DNA of 62,939 nucleotides, counting the filler, from Octopus bimaculoides (Eukaryota), in NCBI RefSeq assembly GCF_001194135.2. It is 6 parts of 5 records of this genome, joined end to end, with 100 filler letters (N's around TTAATTAATTAA, not from the genome) between each part and the next. Parts side by side here need not be neighbours in the genome. Positions count along the whole stretch, not along the records: positions 36,624 to 55,096 come from NC_069008.1; positions 55,197 to 58,108 come from NC_068998.1; positions 58,209 to 62,939 come from NC_069004.1; 3 more parts are not named here. One strand, written 5' to 3'. Position 1 is the first letter of the stretch; each line of letters begins with the position of its first letter. Made by a program: the position numbers and the translations under genes. The notes beneath the pieces were generated by a model that saw nothing but the letters and a program-made list of their open reading frames with translations, made no database searches and was not told where the DNA came from. Below are positions 51,097 to 62,939 of the stretch, in pieces.

Positions 51097-51098
<2 letters not shown>

Positions 51099-51200
51099 CG
51101 ATATAAACGTATCTGTGAAGACCTACCAAAAACTGAGCAAATATAAAGATCTTGAAATAGAAATTAGCAAAATGTGGAATCTGAAGACGAAAACAATACC
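51097..51200 (+). mobile_element. R4/Dong RLE fragment after long (ATA)n
   Basis: IDINVSVKTYQKLSKYKDLEIEISKMWNLKTKTI, runs into gap. Confidence 0.8.
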
Positions 51201-51388
51201 NNNNNNNNNNNNNNNNNNNNNNNNNNNNNNNNNNNNNNNNNNNNNNNNNNNNNNNNNNNNNNNNNNNNNNNNNNNNNNNNNNNNNNNNNNNNNNNNNNNN
51301 NNNNNNNNNNNNNNNNNNNNNNNNNNNNNNNNNNNNNNNNNNNNNNNNNNNNNNNNNNNNNNNNNNNNNNNNNNNNNNNNNNNNNNNN

Positions 51389-51454
<66 letters not shown>

Positions 51455-51456
<2 letters not shown>

Positions 51457-51650
51457 TACTGTCTATGTAATCTCAAATTTTAAAACAAACTTATAATTTT
51501 CTTATGTTTTCTCTAGAACAATACTTTATGCAAAACCAAATATATGACACCCTAGGCATAACACCAGCTTGAACTTCTAACCTGTTGTTTCTTGAGGTCT
51601 CTGGGTGAGACTTGGAGCCAACTTGTACAAATACAAAGCAAAAGTCAAAA
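51455..51650 (+). mobile_element. R4/Dong 3' UTR fragment after (ATA)n
   Basis: Homologous to 42548-42750, starts at the ILSM* codons. Confidence 0.8.
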
Positions 51651-51654
51651 TCAT

Positions 51655-51810
51655 AGTCGATTACATCAACTGGTACTTATTTTATTGGCTCCACCAAAAG
51701 ATGAAAGGCAAAGTCAACCTTGGCAGAATTTGAACTCAGAACGTGCAGAAGGATGAAATGCCACAAAGCATCTCGCCTAGCATGCTAACAATTCTGCCAG
51801 CTCACTGCCT
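51655..51810 (-). mobile_element. SINE family C
   Basis: Family homology. Confidence 0.8.
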
Positions 51811-51834
51811 TAATAATAATAATANNNNNNNNNN

Positions 51835-51878
<44 letters not shown>

Positions 51879-52209
51879 GACATAAAAATCAATAAATGGT
51901 TATTGATTGATTGACTGACTGGTGCACCAAAATTCTTTATGTCTGCTTGCTGTGAAAGTTACTCATTTTTGTTTTAAATGTAATCACTGAAATCTTTGTA
52001 ACGATTATTATTATTATTCTTATTATTATTATTATTATTGTTATGAAATCAAATCTTAATGTCATTGCACTGATCTACATAGTAATTCCAAACAGTTGCA
52101 GATTGCAAACTTGTGAGTTGGGCTGAGAATCCTGATTCCCAAATATTTGACACCAGACTCGATCTCAATGAATGCTACAATCTGCAAATGTCTTCTACAC
52201 ACACATATG

Positions 52210-52505
52210 GTGAAGGCACATGGCTCAGTTGTTAGAGTGTCGGGCTCACAATCATGAGATAGTGAGTTCGATTCCGGGACAAGGCGGCATGTTGTGTTCT
52301 TGAGCAAGACACTTTATTTCCCGTTGTTCCAGTTCACTCAGCTGTAGAAATGAGTTGCGACGTCACTGGTGCCAAGCTGTATCGGCCCCTTTGCCTTTCC
52401 TTTGGATAGAGGGGAGGCTGGTATGCATGGTTGACTTGTGCCTTGGAGGGGAACATTCTAGGTGTAATCCCATGGTCATTCATGACTGAAAGGGGTCTTT
52501 ATCCT
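52210..52505 (+). mobile_element. tRNA-headed SINE family F
   Basis: tggctcagttgttag A-box, gagttcgattcc B-box, tgtgttcttgagcaagacactt body. Confidence 0.75.
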
Positions 52506-52966
52506 TTACCTCCATATATATATATATATATATANNNNNNNNNNNNNNNNNNNNNNNNNNNNNNNNNNNNNNNNNNNNNNNNNNNNNNNNNNNNNNNNNN
52601 NNNNNNNNNNNNNNNNNNNNNNNNNNNNNNNNNNNNNNNNNNNNNNNNNNNNNNNNNNNNNNNNNNNNNNNNNNNNNNNNNNNNNNNNNNNNNNNNNNNN
52701 NNNNNNNNNNNNNNNNNNNNNNNNNNNATATATATAGATATATATATATATATAGAGTTATTAATATTTCTAAGTCTCTCTAGTTTCAGGGTGTTTATAG
52801 TGTACATTTAATACACATTAGAGATGCCCATAAAAGGCATCTAACCCGCTAGAAAGAGCAGCCAAGGCTCTGCACCACAAAAACGGGATAATTTCGAAAA
52901 GGAATGAAAAATAAAAACATTTACCATCTATATTTCAGACTGGGTTTCAAGTTTTTTTTTTTTTTT

Positions 52967-53270
52967 GACCATCTTTGCAGGCATAATGTATCCCAGCATG
53001 CATTCTCTAGTTTCTCTTGTTTTTTTTCTTTCCTTTTTGCTCTCAAATGGAGAAGTAACTGCTATTTCTAGCAGGCTAAGTGACCTCATAGAGACTCTCA
53101 CCCTAGCATATTATTATTGTTGTTGCTGTTGTTGTTGTTGTTTTATTCCATCGAATCTGCCCTCAACAAGCTGACCATCTTTGCAGGTGTTATGCATCTC
53201 AGCATGTGCTTTCCACCTGCTATTTCTAGCGAGCTGAGTAACCTCATACGGATTCACTGACAAGCTCGTT
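52967..53270 (+). mobile_element. Two truncated family H repeats
   Basis: accatctttgcagg...ccagcatgca...gctatttctagc; inverted homologues at 54390-54700. Confidence 0.7.
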
Positions 53271-53701
53271 GTTATTGTTATTGTTGTTGTTGTTGTTACA
53301 ATTCATTTGCTTTGTGGAGGAGTGTAGGCTGATATATAAATTGGGATATTTTGTTAATATTGATTTCTGCTCTCGTCGAACAGTTGACCTAGTTTCATGA
53401 CCTCTACTTACAAGAAAACGTACATCTATTATCATGTGCGTACCATACATACTGAACGATACTTATAGAGTCCATTATATGCAATATACAATATATAACA
53501 ACTGCACGGTGCAACCGTGGCCAGATGCTTAAGTAGCATGCATCACTTTGCAATATAATTTCCTGCAAACCTGTCTTTACGTTATGAGATCGATTTCTGT
53601 CGAGGTTAACTTTGCCCTTCATCGTTTCAGGGTTGATAAAATAAGTACCAGTTGAGCACTGGGGGTCGAAGTAATAGGTTTATCTCCAGCCATGAAACTT
53701 C

Positions 53702-54010
53702 TGTGGAGGTACAATGGCCCAGTGGTTAGGGTAGTGGAATTGCGGTCGGACGATCGCGGTTTCGATTCCCAGACCAGGCATTGTGTGTGTTTATTGAGCA
53801 GAAACACCTAAAAGTTCCACGAGGCTCCGGCAGGGGGTTGTGGCGACCCCTGTTGTACTCTTTCACCCAAACTTTCTCTCACTCTTTGATTCTTGAGTAA
53901 CACTGTGATGAACTGGCATCCCGTCCAGCTGTGTGTGTGTGGGGGGGGGACACATATGCCATAGAAACAGGGAAACTGGGTCCATGAGCCTGGCTAGGCT
54001 TTCAAAGGGA
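53702..54010 (+). mobile_element. SINE family B variant
   Basis: Homology to 43075-43359. Confidence 0.85.
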
Positions 54011-54084
54011 GCATAAATAAATAAGATAAATGAAACTTCTGGCCCCGTGCCATAATTTGAAATCAATCTTATGTTTGAAAAGAA

Positions 54085-54295
54085 GACAGCAAGCTGACAG
54101 AATTGTTAGCATGCAGGGCAAAATGCATAGTGGCATTTTGTCTGTTTTTGTGTTCGGAGTTCAAATTCTGTTGAAGTCGACTTTGCCTTTCATCCTTTTA
54201 GGGTCCATAACATGAGTACCAGATGCGCATTGGGGTCGAAGTAATCGGCTTAGCTTCTACCGTGAAATTCTGGCCCTCTGCCAAAATTTGAAATC
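54085..54295 (+). mobile_element. Diverged SINE family C
   Basis: Family homology; another partial copy at 53580-53695. Confidence 0.75.
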
Positions 54296-54389
54296 AATAT
54301 TATGTCTGCAAAGATGGTCAGTTTGATAAAAACTGACCTGAGGGCAAAACAGAACAACAGTGAAGTAATAACAGCAATGAAGCTAACGA

Positions 54390-54700
54390 GTGAATCTCTA
54401 CGTGGTTACTAAGCCTGCTAGAAATAGCAGCCACTTCACCATTTGGAAAAAAATAACAGAAACTGGATAATGCATGCTGGGATACATTAAGCCTGCAAAG
54501 ATGATCTGCTTGATGAGGGCAGATTTGATGGAATAAAACAGCAACAACGGTAATAATAACAACAATGGACTTAATGAGTGAGACTCTATGGGGTTACTTA
54601 GCCTGCTAGAAATAGCAGCCACTTCTCCCTTTGAAGAGAAATTATGAAAAAAGGGAAAGAGAGAAACTGAGGAGAGTGCATGCTGGGCTGCACCATAAGA
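54390..54700 (-). mobile_element. Two truncated family H repeats
   Basis: Two copies of cctgctagaaatagcagccacttc. Confidence 0.7.
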
Positions 54701-54869
54701 TTGATCCTACTGCTTGGAAAACTGGGTTGAGAGAAGTTGAGTGGAAATACACCTGAGGGATTACACCTGTAATTTAATCAGTCACCATGGTGAGGTGTTA
54801 TACATTGTGTAACAAGGCCATAAAAGCCTTATCTGTATTCTTGTGTGAAGGATACAAATGTTTTTTTTT

Positions 54870-55090
54870 TTACCTTTTACTTGTTTCAGTCATTAGACTG
54901 TGGCCATGCTGGGGCACAACCTTCAAGAATTTTTAGTTGAATGAATCAACTCCAATATTATTTTTTTCTTTTTTAAGCCTGGTAATTATTCTATCAATCT
55001 CTTTTGCCAAACTGCCGAGTTACGGGAATGCAAACACACCAACACCGGTTGTCGAGTGGTGGTGGGAACAAACACTGACAAACACACACA
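54870..55090 (-). mobile_element. SINE D module
   Basis: Family homology. Confidence 0.8.
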
Positions 55091-55096
55091 CACACA

Positions 55097-55196
55097 NNNN
55101 NNNNNNNNNNNNNNNNNNNNNNNNNNNNNNNNNNNNNNNNTTAATTAATTAANNNNNNNNNNNNNNNNNNNNNNNNNNNNNNNNNNNNNNNNNNNN
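55097..55196. other. Artificial scaffold linker
   Basis: 44N-TTAATTAATTAA-44N. Confidence 0.95.
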
Positions 55197-55823
55197 GTGT
55201 GTGCGTGCGTATGTGTGCCAGGTATGTGTGTTATTTTGTGTGTGCACTCCTGTGTGTATGTGTGTGCATGTGTATGCGGATGTGTATGTAGGCGTGCGCG
55301 TATATATGGGTGTGTGTGTGTATATATGTGCGTTCGGCTATGTGTGTGTGAGGGCGCGTATGTATGTTTGTCATGTATGTGGGCGGTACATATGTAAGGT
55401 GTGTGGGAGGTGTGTGTAGGTGTATGGGAGGTATGTGTGAATGGGGGTATGTATGGGTTGTCAGGTGTGCGGGAGGTATTTGTGAATGGGGGTTATGTGT
55501 GCAAGGGTGTGTATGTTTGGGTGTGTGTGTGTGTGTATGTTTGCGTGATTGTTAGCGTGTGTGTGTATGCGCAAGTGTGTGTATGCGCAAGTATGTGCGT
55601 TTGTATAAGTGTGTGGGCGAGTCTGAGCGTGTGAGTGCATGCATATGTATTGTGTGTGTGTGGTGTGTTGGGGTAGGTGTGCTTACATGTGTGTGTATGG
55701 GTGCGTGTATTTTTTGTGTGTGGGTATGTGTGCGTGTAGGTAGGGGTGAGACAAAAAGTGGAAAAATGTAGTGAGTGTAATCAAGAGAATAATGGATATA
55801 ATGTAAAGGGGACAAGGGGGGGG

Positions 55824-55854
<31 letters not shown>

Positions 55855-56542
55855 ATAAAAAATAAAGAAAAGTGTTGCAGGGACGTAAAGGGGAGAGCCA
55901 TAAGGAAGAGAGGGCTGCGTTGAGTCCGAAGGGGAAAGAAGAATTAAGGTTGAGAATGTAGCGTTGCTCCAAGTGAAGTCGCGCGGCAAATATAAACTTT
56001 AAGTACAATTGCGTGTCTTGTATCTGGAACTTTATCACTATGATGAGGCAATCCAAACACAAGTGATGCCCCACCACCACCACTACTACCACCAACACCA
56101 TCACCACCACCACCAATCACGAAATCCAACCTCCAAAAAAACAATTCTGTTTAGAATTATCACAATTGTTTGAGAGAACTCGGATTCCAGAAGATATAAA
56201 ACCGCTCGCAAACATAGACACTCACATACACACATACCTACCCGCACACACATATCTGTAGTATAATTCTGATGGCATAACACTAATTCTATATAATGGA
56301 AGATATATAATAGGTGACGGGGGTGTTTAAATCGGTTCTGTCAACATCAAGCGACGATAGATGCATCTGAAGATAATTATATTATTTTATTCTTTTTACT
56401 GCAGATGAAGCATACACGCATAGATTTTGCAGTGTAGACTGCTTCTGTGTCATAAAATCAGTATATATAACATTTTTTTGCGGCTGAGTAAAATTCTGAA
56501 CTGAACGAAATGCAAATTGTATATTTAGCTGCACCATGTGTA

Positions 56543-56594
<52 letters not shown>

Positions 56595-57599
56595 TGTATG
56601 TGTGTGTGTGTGTGTATGTTTGTTTGTGTTTATACACATACACGAACATAATACTTGAGGCTGGATTCTTGGAATGGACTGTGGCATAAGGCAGCACACT
56701 TTCCTTTCAACGATCACCTATTTGTTTTATTGTTGAGTAAAGTTTTGGAAATCAAGAGAAATTACTGAATTTTCCTCGCCTCTAAAGTGACGCTTCAAAC
56801 GATTTGTGAATAATCTGAGACACGCTCTTGTATGTCATCCTCAATCCGAGTGAAAGCTGCAAATTTATATACATACATTCTTACATATACATAGGTTTGT
56901 TTGTGTGGAGAGCGAGAGAGACAGACAGACAGACAGATATGCAGATACAAATATTTATAATATAGTACACAATATATAAAGAAAACATGGGAGGTAAGTG
57001 TTGCACCTGTACCTAACCTGTTGAATCTTAGTTCATATAAACCAAATACTTAATCACTCTGGGCACGAAGATTAAACTAGCATCAACTTCTATATTTTCA
57101 TGTTTCTACGTGTTACATCTTTGTGGATTACTGATCTCAAATATAGAACATAAGGCACACAAATACAACACAACAAAAACATGGAATATTTACTTCCAGC
57201 AGCATATAGTTGCTTTGGTGATCATTCCCATCCCCAGCCACTGTTGAACTAATGAAAAGTTACACTTATAGCTACGCAGCATTTAGAAGTTGGTGCTATG
57301 AACTATATTATAGGTAGCTTCACATCAAAGTACGCAGCTTAATTTTCTTCATCTTAAGCTACAAATTTCATAGGTTTTGTGACTTAATCTTGATATGTAT
57401 ATAAGTATACACGCACACGCACACACATATCATGTATATAAGAAAGAAACGCATGTCTGTGTGTATGTGTACGTGTTTTTATTTGTGTTGTTTTTTTCTC
57501 TGCCACTTCTTCCAAAGTGCAATTCTATCCATCTCATAAGTAAGTAGTCGTCGACTATAAATTACACACTTCAACGATCCCATTTTTGGTTTCATTTTC

Positions 57600-57890
57600 A
57601 GACAATAACGTAATCTTGTGAATCTTCTTCATTATGGAAAACATCTGTTGCTTTTCCAATAGAAATGAACATACTGTTGTCTTAATTTCTTTCACGATTG
57701 GCTCTGCTTATGTCATTAAGAATTTTGTTCGAAAGAATTTCCTTTGTTTGAGACGAAATAAATTGCACAGCAACGAGAAAGTTTTTGAAGTCATTGTTGT
57801 ATTTGGTAAGTAGTTCAATGAGGATGCAGTCAAACTGAATTTCCTTGGTTTCCGTTGTAACCTCTTAATGGTAGCCCTTCTCGTAGTAAA
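57600..57890 (-). mobile_element. hAT-type transposase relic (DUF4371/ZMYM1-like region)
   Basis: LLREGLPLRGYNGNQGN / LIELLTKYN...FISS..KEIL...MFISI..ATDVFH resembles L.RQGL.LRG...GNF..LL..LA.Y...FSI..DE.TD. Confidence 0.55.
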
Positions 57891-58063
57891 TATTAAATTG
57901 TACCTACCATCCTGGATAATATTTACTTCGCAGCTGCTGCTTTTTATTTCGCTTTGTTATTTTAGCGTATTAGTGTCAAATCTTTCGACTAAGGCTCTTC
58001 AAGGCAGTGCCCGAACATGGCTACACTCTAATACTGGCGGAAACAAATAAAAGGTAAATAGTA

Positions 58064-58108
<45 letters not shown>

Positions 58109-58208
58109 NNNNNNNNNNNNNNNNNNNNNNNNNNNNNNNNNNNNNNNNNNNNTTAATTAATTAANNNNNNNNNNNNNNNNNNNNNNNNNNNNNNNNNNNN
58201 NNNNNNNN
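58109..58208. other. Artificial scaffold linker
   Basis: 44N-TTAATTAATTAA-44N. Confidence 0.95.
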
Positions 58209-58255
<47 letters not shown>

Positions 58256-58269
58256 ACATATATGTGTGT

Positions 58270-58490
58270 GTTTGCGTTTGTTCCCTATCATTGCTAGGCA
58301 ACCGGTGCTGCGTTTTTGTGTCCCCCGTAGCATAGCGGTTTGACAAATATGATTCCTATAAATTAAGTATCTGGCTTTAAAAATAATAAGTCCTAAGATC
58401 ATTTCGTTTGACTAAAAAATTCTTTAAAGCCGTGCTCCAGCATGACCGCAGTTTAATGATTAAAACAAGCATAAAAGATAAAAGATTAGA
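58270..58490 (+). mobile_element. Diverged SINE D module
   Basis: Family homology. Confidence 0.75.
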
Positions 58491-58499
58491 ACCCTTACA

Positions 58500-58965
58500 A
58501 TGTTGGGGAATATGTCTTGCGACATTTGCTCCGATCCATTAGGTTCTAAGTTCAAAATCACTCCGAAGCTAGGTCAACCCTTCAAACTTTCGGAGGTCGA
58601 TAAAATAAAGTACCAGTCAAGCACTGGTGTTATTGTAATCGACTAGATCCCTGCTCGGTGTTTAAGCCAGAACCAATTTTTTAAACGCGTTTATCCGTTA
58701 GCATGCCGGACAAAAATGCGTAGAGGCATTTCATCCGTCTTTATGTTCTGAGTTCCGTTGCAGCTGACTTTGCCTTTCGGGGTGGGGGGTGGGGGTCTAC
58801 AAAATAAGTACCAGTTGAATATTGGGGTCGATGTAATCGACTTAGCTAAAACTTCATGCCTTATGGCATGGCAAGCTAAAAGAATCGTTAGCACGCTGGA
58901 CGAAATTCTTAGCGGTATTTCGCTCGTCGCCAAGTTCTCAGTTCAAATTCCGCCGAGGTCGATTC
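58500..58965. mobile_element. Cluster of three family C fragments (+,-,+)
   Basis: Approximately 58500-58640 (+), 58690-58850 (-), 58868-58965 (+). Confidence 0.7.
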
Positions 58966-60074
58966 ATTGTTTAATGTGATGTTATTTAAAAAAATCATGG
59001 TTATGATTCGAAGAGTATTAAGCTGCTATTTCTAGCATTTCTACCCTGCCTCTTAGGGCTTTCCCCTGACGGCTCTTAAGCTACAATGTCGTATATTACA
59101 AAGGGAGAAGGAAATACACAGACAATGAAAAGCGGGTGAAAGTGAGAGTGGATGTGTGGGAGCTTGCAGGGGGGGGGAGTAAGAGGTACAGGGAAATGAA
59201 AGGGGCGTGGGGAGGGAGAGAGAGAGAGAGAGAGAGAAAGACAGTGAGGGGTGGGGGGAAATCAGAGGTGGAGAATGGGTAGATTGTTCTCAAATAATAA
59301 AGAACTTCAAAGAGAGTATACAAAAGCTTGCCCCTGCGTAAATGTGCATTCACATGTACAATTGCACATGCGCAGATATGCATATACACTTGCAAATTGT
59401 ACAAGTCATTATTACTTACACAGAAAATACATATTGAAATACACCGGGGGTGTCGGGGGACTCAAGCATAGATATCGTAATAATATATATCAGGAGACAA
59501 GGATTACTTTCATACTTGAGCACCCAGAGGGCGCTACTTGGATCTCATAGAAATAACAGCAGCCAAACCCTAACCTTTTAAGATTGAGCAATGTAGTCCT
59601 AAATTAACCATGTCGGAAATGTCAACTAATGTCATCCGAAAAGGAATAAAAGGTAATGTCGACCTCAGCGGAAGTTGAACTCGGAACGTAAGAACGGACG
59701 AAATGCCGCTGAGCATTTTGTCCGGCGTGCTAAAGATTCTGCCAGTTAACCACCTTTGAATTTTTCAACGTGATTGTCACGGATAGCTTAAACAACAATA
59801 GCAACATCATGCACACATTCGCATAGGAAGCTATTAAAGAGTCACGCGACTTACTAAATATAGCAGCCAAATTTCTTTTATATCATACTTGTCTGGAAAA
59901 AAAAAGGACACATTTAATAATGTATATATAGGCATGGTGTATCTAAGATTGCATTATCCGATGGAATGCTTCTTGTTATAAAAGTAAAAGATGCTCTGAG
60001 AGCTATTTAGCAGCTAATTTTACCAGATTCTGTGGTCACTAAATCCTTTCTAATTGCCTCGGCTGTAATATCTC

Positions 60075-60875
60075 TCTTGTTGATATCTGGTCGTTTCGCC
60101 TCTATGACTTGATCGCACTGCATCTTAAAATCCCAGAGTATTTTTTCATGTTCGTCTTCCATTACTCCCTCGGGCTCGTGTCCATACCACTGTTCTGCTC
60201 TCTCGAGGTTTGCTTTACTGCACAACAGCCAGTGGACGTATCTGGCCATATTGTCGTGTCTCCTCTTATATTCGCGTTGTGCGAGCTTACAGCACTCACT
60301 AACAATATGGCTTATACTTTCTCCCTTCTCAGAGCACATCCTACACTGTGTCGAGTCAATGTGATATTTGAAGTAGTTCTGAGAGCTTGTTCTTGAACGC
60401 TGTACACTAATGCCTTAGTGGGCCCTTTTAAGTCTCCTTTCTGCAGCCATTGCCAGGTTCTGTTCCAATCAAACTAATTTATATTCTTCAAGAACTAACT
60501 GTGCATTTTCTTGTCCTGCCAAATTTTCTTCATCTGCTCTCTCTGGTCTTTCTTAGATCGTGTTGGATCTACAGCTTCGTTCACTTTTAAGGTTCCCTAC
60601 ATTTTCACTACTTCAATCATTTCTTCTTTACTCCCTTTGACACACCAAGCCAGGCTATTCTCCTCTTTCCCTACACAACCTTCACAGCTCACTGATCCTC
60701 GTCCTCCTTCCATCTTCTTTACATACAATCTTGACACATCACTCTTGGGGTGTAGTTCCTTCTTCATGTCATTAATTTACGCGTTCTCCGGTCTATCTCT
60801 TGTAATTCATGCTTCCTCTAACATACTATTCCTGCTCCATATCCATATCTCACCAAAGCAACAGCCCACGATAAA
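60075..60875 (-). mobile_element. R4/Dong-clade non-LTR retrotransposon relic (post-RT, CCHC knuckle, start of RLE)
   Basis: LHPKSDVSRLYV...GGRG, CRMCSEKGESISHIVSEC..LAQREYKRRHD, ILWDF...RPDI. Confidence 0.9.
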
Positions 60876-61127
60876 AGAAATCACATATAGAACCTGAAAC
60901 ATAAAAATATATGCGGGTATCGCCAAGCTTTAGGCAAAATTTGATGCACATTCTCTGCTCAACTTCCTCTGTCTTGGTCAGTGCGACGATCACACGCTAC
61001 ACACCTTCCTTCCAAGCATTGTTGTAAACAACGAAAGTGAGCTAGAATGTTAAAAGTTAGTGCGCATGCACAGCAGAGTTCAAGGTCAATCTTTGCCCAG
61101 CGGCTTCACTCTGCATGCTTTAGCTTT

Positions 61128-61141
61128 GTTTCTATGGCAAC
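61128..61141. promoter_or_regulatory. RFX X-box-like motif GTTTCTATGGCAAC
   Basis: Matches GTYNCYATRGNAAC; a single motif with no linked gene seen. Confidence 0.2.
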
Positions 61142-62062
61142 AGAACTGATACTTATTGATCAGACCGTATAAATGCATGAATATATATATGTGTGTGTAT
61201 ACATACATGTATATGTGTGTATGTGTTGTGTGTGCGCGTTTGTGTGTGCTCGTGTGTGAATGCGCGCGTCTTTGTGAGCGTATGTATGTGTCTGTGTATA
61301 TGAGTGCGTTTGTGTGTGTGTATTGCGCGCATGTGTGTGTACATACGCGTACAATTTTACATTGATTCGTGGCAGTAGTAGAAATTTCCATTTATATGAA
61401 CATTATACTCTAATTTCTGTGTTAATTGGTCTTTTAACTGACTCTCTTTACTAATTTTAAATACTAAAGCGGTTGGACCGTTTAATAAGTTGTAACTCTC
61501 GTAAATCTACTATCAATCCTCACGTGTGTGTATTCGTATGCCCATATTCGTTTATATTCAAATATGGCGAAATGAAACACTGGAAGCTTTACGTATAAAT
61601 GTTGGCAACGATAGGTCCCGCGGATAACGCCATAAACGTTGTCAGCTGTCAGTGAATATAATTGTTCTGAAGATTTTATGGAAGAGAATTCTATTAGCCA
61701 AGTTGGCAGCGATGTTTCGAGAATAACGTACAGAGGCCATGAGGAAATGACATTTGTATAAGAAGACACAACACAAACAGGATATGCACGCATACATACA
61801 CACATACATACATACATACACACATACATACATACATACACACATACATACATACATACATACATACATACATACACACACACGTACTCTTTCATATTTG
61901 TGTGTGCACGAATATGTATGCTTCCATGCATGTATGTCTGTCTGCATGCATGTATATTTGTATGTAGGCATGTTTGGATGGATGTATCTATCTATGAATG
62001 TAAGTATATATAAATGTATATACATATATGTATGTATGTATGTGTGTATGTATGTATGTATG

Positions 62063-62094
<32 letters not shown>

Positions 62095-62479
62095 NNNNNN
62101 NNNNNNNNNNNNNNNNNNNNNNNNNNNNNNNNNNNNNNNNNNNNNNNNNNNNNNNNNNNNNNNNNNNNNNNNNNNNNNNNNNNNNNNNNNNNNNNNNNNN
62201 NNNNNNNNNNNNNNNNNNNNNNNNNNNNNNNNNNNNNNNNNNNNNNNNNNNNNNNNNNNNNNNNNNNNNNNNNNNNNNAGGGTGATAAATTGAATATTAA
62301 TTTCAATTTAAATCCAGTGGTCTAGCATATTAAAAAAATCTGCTTATTCAGAAAAATTGTATTACATGCGTATAAGAAGGGATGACCACTAGGTGGACAT
62401 CCAATATGCTAGAAAGAGGTCATCAACGACCCAACCACAAAAGTATATTAAATATAAATTTAAATAATTATGTTCTCAC

Positions 62480-62720
62480 TTAGTCCTTGTTTGTCCCCTC
62501 TCTGTGTAGCCCCTTGTGGGCAGTAAAGAAATAAGAAGACACTTGCCCATTGTGCTACGCAGTGGGACTGAACCCAGAACTATGAGGTTAGCAAGCAGGC
62601 TTCTTACCACACAGCCATGCCTCTCAAGAGCACAACGCAGTGCCCGGTCCGGGAATCGAAACCCCGACCTTGTAATCGTGATTGCAGCACTCTAACCACT
62701 GAACCACGTACTTCCACAAA
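62480..62720. mobile_element. Stack of truncated SINE pieces (C tail +, A -, B-like head -)
   Basis: Homology to 39470-39525, 5280-5365 and 6400-6476. Confidence 0.75.
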
Positions 62721-62903
62721 GATGGCCACCACAAAATTAAGAGTTGCAAAGAAGACTTACTCTTTGCCATCGAGTCTCCAATCTCTGAGGCTCAACTTTT
62801 AATTAAAACTAGTTAATTGAAGTTTTACGAGAACAAAATCTTGCTCATCCTCTCTCTCTCTCTCTCTCTCCCTCAAATTCTCCCTCTCTCTCTCTCTCCC
62901 TCA

Positions 62904-62939
<36 letters not shown>

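Noticed and set aside
61482-61760. Open frame ...ADNVYGVIRGTYRCQHLY (Ig-like G.Y.C)
   Set aside because: The motif is too short and the ORF starts in a microsatellite; unsupported.

Overview
Eukaryotic, repeat-dominated, gap-rich (N) genomic DNA. The dense (TA/CA/GATA/TACA/AAT)n microsatellites and the tRNA-headed SINE families look to me like an octopus (coleoid cephalopod) genome; that is recognition from memory, not a search. I find no confidently identifiable host protein-coding gene, rRNA, true tRNA or CRISPR. Nearly all ORF-track entries are microsatellite or N-run artefacts, and I list only three weak exon candidates. The window is six pieces joined by an artificial 100-bp spacer (44 N + TTAATTAATTAA + 44 N), so adjacency across those joins is unproven. 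It contains about 8 SINE-like families (labelled A-H here) and decayed DD37D (maT-like) and DD34D mariner transposase fragments, including a dense stack at 20.3-25.8 kb. It also holds hAT, TTAA-flanked and foldback MITEs, Helitron/Helentron-type non-autonomous elements, an RTE-like LINE relic, and R4/Dong-clade LINE 3' fragments that mostly start right after (ATA)n tracts. The most interesting signal is a set of Penelope-type minimal hammerhead-ribozyme folds with non-canonical cores (3176, 48609, 49795, weaker 15165). Two of them are tied to fold-back duplications, and one forms the 3' part of a tRNA-headed SINE, making it a candidate Penelope-mobilised, ribozyme-bearing SINE. Boundaries of diverged repeats are approximate (about +/-20 bp).
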